From the NCBI GenBank assembly GCA_030295235.1, contig AP026123.1, positions 1,984,001 through 2,048,000 on the forward strand: a stretch of 64,000 nt of DNA, written 5' to 3'. The DNA is from Fistulifera solaris. Its lineage: Eukaryota. The notes beneath the pieces are model-generated. The model saw only the letters and a program-made list of their open reading frames with translations. It was not told the DNA's origin and did not search any database. Shown piece after piece: positions 57,289-64,000 of this stretch. The translations under genes were made by a program, and so were the position numbers. The first letter of the stretch is position 1; every line of letters starts with the position of its first letter.

Positions 57289-58642
57289 GGCCAATTATGG
57301 AACTGAAAATAAAATATAATGATCGATTGGTGTTCAGCAGCGAAGTGCAGCAATCGATACCGAAAAGGCATCGAAAGAGCATTTGAGGCTTCTATTGTCT
57401 GCTTGATCTATTTACTATTCTCATTTCCTCACAAACAAGAAAGGTGGATCGAGACTTCACCAAAAGAAACCGCGCCTGTTGCGAACAGCGCAGATATTTT
57501 GCGCTTCTAAAGGTCACGTGCCGGTTATGGTTCGAGATATCTCAACAAGTCACGCATAAACATGAGTCGTCGTCATCACATACATGCTCTTATTATCACG
57601 ACATTTTGCGTCCGCTCGCCTCTTCGACACCACAAACACAATATAAAAGCATATCCAATTTCATTCTCACGTAAGAATTCACAAAAAACGCGTAAAATGA
57701 ATCATTCAGCATCACCGGAGAAGCAAACTGCGAAAATGGCTCCGGGAATGATGAGAATGGAGGATCCGGTGATCATGATGCGTGGCGGGTCCAGCTCGGC
57801 CCCGTACTCCAAGATTCAGCATACCAACGCCGTGGTCGGTACGTTTTGTCTGCATCCGATAAGTTACGATTTGTTCTGGCCTCAATAATTATGCTCTCCC
57901 CTATATTCCAGTCCTACCCGATGATTTTGATCTTCAGGAAACAAAGAAAGTCCGCGAAGAATGATGTACATGACACGGGAGAACAAAAATACATTTTACA
58001 TTTTGCATTAGTTTTGATAGAAAACAGACACAGATAAGTTAATGGTGTTATTCTTGATATAAAGGAACCCGCCTTTTATTCCACAATGTATACTCCGTAG
58101 AGCAATGTATGTCGATGACGCGGGGAGCGCGTTGAATAACGGAACGAAGGTGGTGGCTTCCTTGTCCCTAGACCCTACTAACCAAGAAAGATTCAAGATT
58201 CAAGCAGAACGTTGGACTAGTCCATGCAGTGAAGTTACCGACGAGCTCTCTTAGTCTAAAGCAGCTAGGTCGGATAGATCGCCGAATAAACGATACTAGT
58301 AATCAGATCGCATAGGTACTGAAACAGATAACAAACACAGACATAAGAAGTGACGAAGCGACTTAAATTTTTGTGGAATACTGTACGTTCCTTTCGATTG
58401 CTTCGAAGAGCGCAAAATACAATAAATACTTGCAAGGTTACCATAGGTATGAAAAAAAAGTATAATAATAGAATTCATCTCTGATTCTTATTATCTTCAC
58501 TCTACTGGTATCGACGGTTTGCATGCACTAGACCCAAGCAACGCCAAACAAAAGAAGACTAAGAAATTTATCACTACTGGAACCTTCCCAACCAAAAGGC
58601 AACGTTGCGTCATTAGCCCAGAGCGTCATCAGTCATATCATC

Positions 58643-60331
58643 ATGGCACTCCGTTGCTTGCCTTGGATCCTCTTCATCCACATAATTACTTTACCAGGAT
58701 ACTGGTGTCAGTCCGTAGCTTCCGCGAATAGCGAAACACAAGCAGCCATACGTTTGCTTCAAGACGAAGGCTTTCACATCTGCTCTCACGCACTAAATCC
58801 AAATGTTGATCTATGTGACTTTGCATTCCATCTTCGACGACCTTCACCTTCCCGACGCTTAGAAGAAACTACGGTCGACGAGGCTCCTTGGTATTTAAAC
58901 TTACTCGCAGCCGGATTTTGCGTGTCCTTAGCCGCAGTGGCGGCAGGTCTGACACTTGGTATGTTAGCCATGGATCCCTTGATGTTACTCATCAAAGAAA
59001 GGGCTGGTGAAACAGAAGAAGAACGAAAAATGGCTAGTACACTCTTACCCATTGTGAATCAACATCATCGACTGCTAGTGACGCTCTTGCTCATGAATTC
59101 CATTGCGAATGAAGCTTTGCCCATTTTTTTGGAAGCTTTGGTCCCTCCTTCCGTGGCGATTCTCTTGTCAGTCACGATGGTATTGTTCTTTGGGGAAATT
59201 ATTCCATCGGCCATTTTTACTGGACCAAACCAGTTGAAATTGGCGCATCGCCTGGTTCCCCTGGTGCAAGCGGCTTTGTTTTTGCTGTACCCCATCGCCG
59301 GACCAATCGCAAAAATTCTTGATCATGTTCTACACGACGAAGACGGAGATACCAATGGATACAATCGAGGCGAACTTGCTGCACTCATTCGCATCAACTA
59401 CGAACAAAGGCTTGCGCAGAAACGCATGAAGCGAAATCAACGTGACAGTATGGCTATGGTGGTACAAGGAGAGCGCGTGGGTGCTTTAGATTTTACTTCA
59501 ACTCGTAGCTTGACATCTTTCGACGTTTCCAAAAGTATGCGTGCGACCACGAGTCAATTGACACGCACCGAAGGCAGCGATGAGGTGTTCGCCCCAGTGA
59601 AAAGCTCCAGTGAGCCCATCCTTATGACAAGATCACCTAGTTTTCATCTAGATGAGGTTCTCATGGCCGAAGGCGCGTTGCAAATGAAGACCAAGGTTGC
59701 CTATGATGTTTTCACTCCTCTTCGCAAGGTGTTTTCGGTTCCAATTGACATGATACTATCAGAACGAAATCTTGTCAAAATATATGCATCAGGTTACACT
59801 CGAGTCCCTGTTCACGCTGCGGATAATAAATCAGCGATAATTGGATTCATGCTGACAAAGCAACTCATTGTAGTTGATGGAAAAGACAAAAGGCCACTTA
59901 GTACATTACCATTACGCACTCCATATTGTGTGAGTCCTACCATGCCGTTAGTTAATCTACTTAACCTGTTGCAAATGGGAGGCGAAAAAGGGAGAGAGCG
60001 GTCACATGGCTCTAATTTGCGCGAGACCCGACGTTGGAAATCGGGCCCTTTCTTCAGGACAGGAAGTGCCCGAGACTGCAGGTTTAATGGGCATCGTCAC
60101 TTTAGAAGATATTTTGGAGGCCTTATTGCAAGAGCAAATTTACGACGAAATGGACGCAAGAGAACGAGCAGCTTCGCGACTTGCCAGAATGGTGGTAAAA
60201 AAGTGGCGGCAATATGTTCGTTCGAAAAAATCCAAGTCGCTGATACAGTCAAGAAACGATCCCGCTCTCGTATCGGTGGTACAAACAGTAATTGCAAAGA
60301 GACCGCGGACGAGAGAACAGCGCTCTTGTAG
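58643..60331 (+). CDS. CNNM/DUF21 + CBS-domain metal (Mg2+) transporter-like protein; frameshift(s) near the 3' end
   Basis: AGLTLGMLAMD, HHRLLVTLLLMN, EALPIFL, FGEIIPSA, GALQMKTK and GYTRVPV motifs. The second CBS (HMALI...GIVTLEDILEALLQEQIYDE) is in another frame after an indel at ~59990. End is 60331 or 60335. Confidence 0.88.
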   Translation: MALRCLPWILFIHIITLPGYWCQSVASANSETQAAIRLLQDEGFHICSHALNPNVDLCDFAFHLRRPSPSRRLEETTVDEAPWYLNLLAAGFCVSLAAVAAGLTLGMLAMDPLMLLIKERAGETEEERKMASTLLPIVNQHHRLLVTLLLMNSIANEALPIFLEALVPPSVAILLSVTMVLFFGEIIPSAIFTGPNQLKLAHRLVPLVQAALFLLYPIAGPIAKILDHVLHDEDGDTNGYNRGELAALIRINYEQRLAQKRMKRNQRDSMAMVVQGERVGALDFTSTRSLTSFDVSKSMRATTSQLTRTEGSDEVFAPVKSSSEPILMTRSPSFHLDEVLMAEGALQMKTKVAYDVFTPLRKVFSVPIDMILSERNLVKIYASGYTRVPVHAADNKSAIIGFMLTKQLIVVDGKDKRPLSTLPLRTPYCVSPTMPLVNLLNLLQMGGEKGRERSHGSNLRETRRWKSGPFFRTGSARDCRFNGHRHFRRYFGGLIARANLRRNGRKRTSSFATCQNGGKKVAAICSFEKIQVADTVKKRSRSRIGGTNSNCKETADERTALL

Positions 60332-60383
60332 ATAGTACTGTTCCTCTAGTAGTTCTCGATTGCCTCTTCAGAAATAACAAACT

Positions 60384-62013
60384 TTAAGACGGCGGAGCTT
60401 TACGTTGTCGCCCTGGAGCCTTCCGTTTAGGCGGCGCAGTAGAGTCCTCATCTCCATCGCTCCCTTTTTGATAGGCGGCCCCAGCTTTTCGTCCTGAACC
60501 AGGTTTGTCACTCAACGCTCTATATTTCCCGTCCGTTGCACTAAACGCTGGCATTCCTACGTAGTTCCGCATCTCGCCGGTGAAAAATGGGTCCGCCCAA
60601 TCACTACGACACTCCCCCTCATCGAAATCGTCGTCTTCCGAGAGCCACATATCCAATTTAGCCGAAATGTCGCCCGATGCAACCTTCTTCTGACTATTTC
60701 GTTCAGCCAAAACATTAGCTTCTGCTTCTGAAATGTTGTAACCACCACTTATGCCACGCTCACAAAGAAGATTGACCATCTCCTGGTTCAGCTCATCATC
60801 CATGGTCTCTTCCTCGCCTACTAACATAACTAAGGCATCGCATCCGAATTGCTTCACATTCAGTCGCCATTCTTCATCATTTATACCCCAAGCATTGCCC
60901 GACTGATATGATTTTTGATGGAACATCATGTACTCGCGGTTGTCTAGGAAGTCGTGCTCTACTGCTTCAGTCGTTAAACCAGCAATCTTTTCATCCTTAC
61001 TCGAACCAGAAGATACTAAATGAAGGTCGGTAACCTCAAAGGTTAGTGGTTCCCAAAGGGCACGCAGTTTTCTGGCCGTGTCCATGGCACTCGTTACGGT
61101 ATGAAAGGCAGCAATAGGAACGAGAGGTCGGAAAACATCTTCATCCAAACTTTGTAGCACCGATTTTGGCAGTCTCAATGCATCCGAGACTGTGCTACTG
61201 GGAGAATATGCACCGGTAAAAAAAGACCGCTCATCCTTGTTTCGAAAAAGTCCTTCGATTATCTTTCTGCGAAGGTCGTTGAGTTTCTTTTGCTTTCTGG
61301 ATCTGGCTCCAAAACAACCACAGTCGGCCCGTTGAACTCTTCGTACATTTGCTTCTGCTTCTGTAACAAGGCTTTCATATTGTTTTTCTTGGATTTTGTG
61401 TCGTTACCATTCTCGGTTTCTACAACTGTTTTGCCATTTCCGGCCATCTTTTTCCTTTTTTCACGCCCAATCCTTTCTTCTCTCGCGATCAATTCTTGGA
61501 TGGCTCGATCTTCTTCACTCATTTGAGGTTCACTAGACTCACTGTCATCACCATGATCGGGTAGTTTGCGCATCGCCTCCCAATCCATTTCCAGCGCTTC
61601 GACGTGCGGTATAATACTCCATTGATTCAGCTGGATAGTAAAAGGCTCTATGTTCTCTTTTCAATAATCTCAGCTATTTTCAAGGCCGCTTCGTGCGTGT
61701 CTTGTACAAAAGGATGTAACAATCGTATTGCGGGCGGCCATCGCGTATACGATCCATCCCGAGCCACGTGTCGCGCTCGTTGCAAGCGATCCCATGCATC
61801 ATCCGGAGGGACCACAGCGAGGCACGTTTCCATCGAAGCTAATGTTTCAAGATCTTTGTTCTTGCGCAATCCGAATAATCCGAAATGTTTGCTTTCATGA
61901 GATTGTGAACTCAGCCATCCTTCTGTAATGTGCGAGGATAGCAGGAAGAAGAGCGTGACGCCGACCCGGAAAACCAAAACAGCGCAAAGATGTCTCAGCT
62001 TTCGCGTCCGCAT
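60384..62013 (-). CDS. 2H-phosphoesterase / 2'-5' RNA ligase-like (LENG9-type) protein, split by about 3 apparent frameshifts
   Basis: TCLAVVPPDDAWDRLQRAR...YTRWPPAIRLLHPF, F.....WSIIPH, GPTVVVLEP, FRPLVPIAAF and WEPLTFEVTDLHLVS follow the LENG9-like layout. Hydrophobic N-terminal signal. Assembled from ORFs 61648-62013, 61259-61588 and 60384-61178. Confidence 0.6.
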
Positions 62014-62561
62014 TTATTCGTTAATAACGCTTTCAACTTTGATTGAAAATTTGTACAACAAGCTGTCTTTACAATCGTAAGGGCTTCAAAGTATCAATGA
62101 AATGAAGATGATTTCGTTCTGGATGCTTTGCAATGCGTACATTTCGCATCAACGCGGTCGGTTTCTTCTTTTCGGAGGAATAATTCGCGTCGTGACTCGA
62201 CTCGTGACAAGACTAAGAGTATGCCTTGGATGTCGCATAGGCTACGTATCCAGCGTCAGTCAGTCCTTGGCGTCAGTAGAATTAGCTTTCGACCGCTAAG
62301 AACAATATCATCCGTTCTGCGAAAATTCCTTTGATTTGAATTGGAGCAGAAAGTGAAGTAATCCTGTTAAGAGACAAGCCACAAGAAAGGTTTGCATGAA
62401 TATTCAAATAGTATGAGGGATGGCATAATCTTAATTTTTATGAATTTTTACGCTTTCGCGTCATTATGCTACGCATGTAATCGGCAAAGATTACGGAATG
62501 ATGATAACTCTGTCATTCTGCATTATGAAGGTATGTTGTTTGATGTCCATCTTTTGGAAAG

Positions 62562-63206
62562 TTACACATCGTATGGTCCGTTGCGATATCTGGAGCCGCC
62601 CGTCGACCGAATGTGGCACTCCTCTTCGTCGTCGTCTTCCGAAACGTCCTTGGAGAGATCCGAAACAAGCCCTAATAGTAGGTACACAGAGAGAATGACA
62701 TTGAGGGGTAGAAGGACGAAAAACATTTTGGAATTGGTGCCCATGAGAAGATCGACCACCAACCAGAGGAAGCCTGCGCCGAAAACGGCCCCCAACACGA
62801 AATGACCCTCAAATTGCGCAAGGTTCGCTTTGAAATGTTTATCGTCCTCTGAATCTTCATCTTGTTTGTTTGATAGGCGACCGATGCGGTTAGCCGATTG
62901 CAGAACAGTCCTTAGGATGGCGAGAGTAGCCCAAATAAAAATGAGAGTCACGGCGTTGTAAATGATGGGTAATCCAACGAGACTGAAATGGGTCTGCTGC
63001 AACATATCAGTTCCAAAGATTGTGATAGTCAAAGTGGTAACACCCACGGTAGCCAGTTGAACGGCAACTCCAATCAACAAACCCATCAGGAGAGCCGGAC
63101 CGCGCCAGCTGGTCCGACTTTCGCTATTTCTGCCGGCATCGAGCAAGGGAAGAGCCGAGTCTTCGAAGTTAATTGTCTTCGTTTCATTGATTTGTTGCGT
63201 CGACAT
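62562..63206 (-). CDS. Hypothetical 4-TM membrane protein
   Basis: ORF from MSTQQ (63206) with four hydrophobic segments and acidic loops. No recognisable family. Confidence 0.7.
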   Translation of the reverse strand: MSTQQINETKTINFEDSALPLLDAGRNSESRTSWRGPALLMGLLIGVAVQLATVGVTTLTITIFGTDMLQQTHFSLVGLPIIYNAVTLIFIWATLAILRTVLQSANRIGRLSNKQDEDSEDDKHFKANLAQFEGHFVLGAVFGAGFLWLVVDLLMGTNSKMFFVLLPLNVILSVYLLLGLVSDLSKDVSEDDDEEECHIRSTGGSRYRNGPYDV

Positions 63207-63521
63207 TGTTTTTAAAATATCAGCTCTGTTGCAATTGGTTTGCAACTTGCAAAGTGTCGATAGTTAGGTTTGATGCTGTTGAGGAAGTATGACAACGAAA
63301 GAATTTGATTGTTCATGTTTTGCCCGTCTCATCGAGAACAACATCGACTGGTTTGGCCGCCTTCGGCATTTGGTGGCGAGCGTCCCTTGAAGATTTTATA
63401 AATTTCAATGTGACCCATAGTGAAACAGTAAAACGAAGTGAATGGATGGGAATTTTACTTATTAGTTCTACGACCAAGATTTAAAAGCCAGTCATACCCA
63501 AAGAACATGACTGATGATTTG

Positions 63522-63611
63522 TGACTTATGACTTATGACCGATGACCCAGATATCCAGTCCCGGGTCCCCAACCTCTCCAGTTCTCGATCAATCATCAAT
63601 CATCAATCAAT
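63522..63611. repeat. Short 7-bp tandem repeats (TGACTTA)2 and (ATCAATC)3
   Basis: Directly visible at 63522-63539 and 63588-63611. Confidence 0.8.
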
Positions 63612-64000
63612 AAACTTCAATTATTACTCCAGCGCCACGAGCCGAGACCAAGGTCTGAGCTCTGAGCTAGGGAGAGGGGCCAAGTAGTAGGCTCATGTTC
63701 AACTGTTGGACACACAGCCAACATCAAGGCAAAATGATACGGAGTACAGAGCAACGACAAACAGCAAGGAGTCAAACAAGCGCAACACGCATTCCTGGTA
63801 ACAATAACCTGTGACACCAAACTGCAAACAAACTTCAGAAGAACAAAGGTTAAATGGGTCTTGGAAATTATTTTGTGACCTGCAAACCGAAAATCCTACT
63901 CATTGCGAATTGCGAAGTAGGGTGCCGCCCTCATTCACGATCAAGATGCGGTTGCGGACTTACGAGCGTCCGATCCAAAGTTACAGTAACAAACAAAAAG

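Noticed and set aside
57300..58640. Short ORFs between the ABCD and CNNM genes (e.g. 57562-57888)
   Set aside because: No recognisable motifs or splice pattern. May be promoter DNA or decayed fragments, not supportable.
63617..63820. 67-aa Cys-rich minus-strand ORF
   Set aside because: Non-ATG start, no family motif, near the window edge. Cannot be supported.

Overview
Gene-dense eukaryotic nuclear DNA, almost certainly from a pennate diatom: bipartite signal peptide + (A)FAP plastid-targeting presequences, short GT-AG introns, a VDL gene and diatom-type LRR and PTS-rich proteins. The consensus carries many single-base indels in homopolymer runs, so several genes appear split in the ORF track. 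About 17 protein-coding loci can be supported. Left to right: VDL head-to-head with an RCCR-like gene, a type II membrane LRR protein, a decayed rhomboid, a bacterial-type CoA-binding protein, a PP2C with two cNMP-binding domains, MEMO1, a UVR/coiled-coil protein, a giant ~23-kb (~7,700 aa) secreted Pro/Ser/Thr-rich mucin-like gene, a CDPK-like kinase, a secreted and probably GPI-anchored lysyl oxidase (LOX), NOL9/GRC3, a plastid ABCD transporter, a CNNM/DUF21 protein, a degenerate 2H-phosphoesterase and three hypothetical proteins. Four observations stand out. (1) The giant protein has a periodically spaced EK[AS] lysine motif and lies 4.5 kb from the LOX, a candidate extracellular cross-linking or adhesion system (inference only). 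(2) A 1,077-bp internally deleted PIF/Harbinger element with TAA target-site duplication sits at codon 7 of the LOX signal peptide. (3) The VDL and RCCR-like genes form a divergent pigment-metabolism pair. (4) Intergenic DNA shows an apparent excess of 7-bp tandem duplications. No rRNA, tRNA or CRISPR array was seen.
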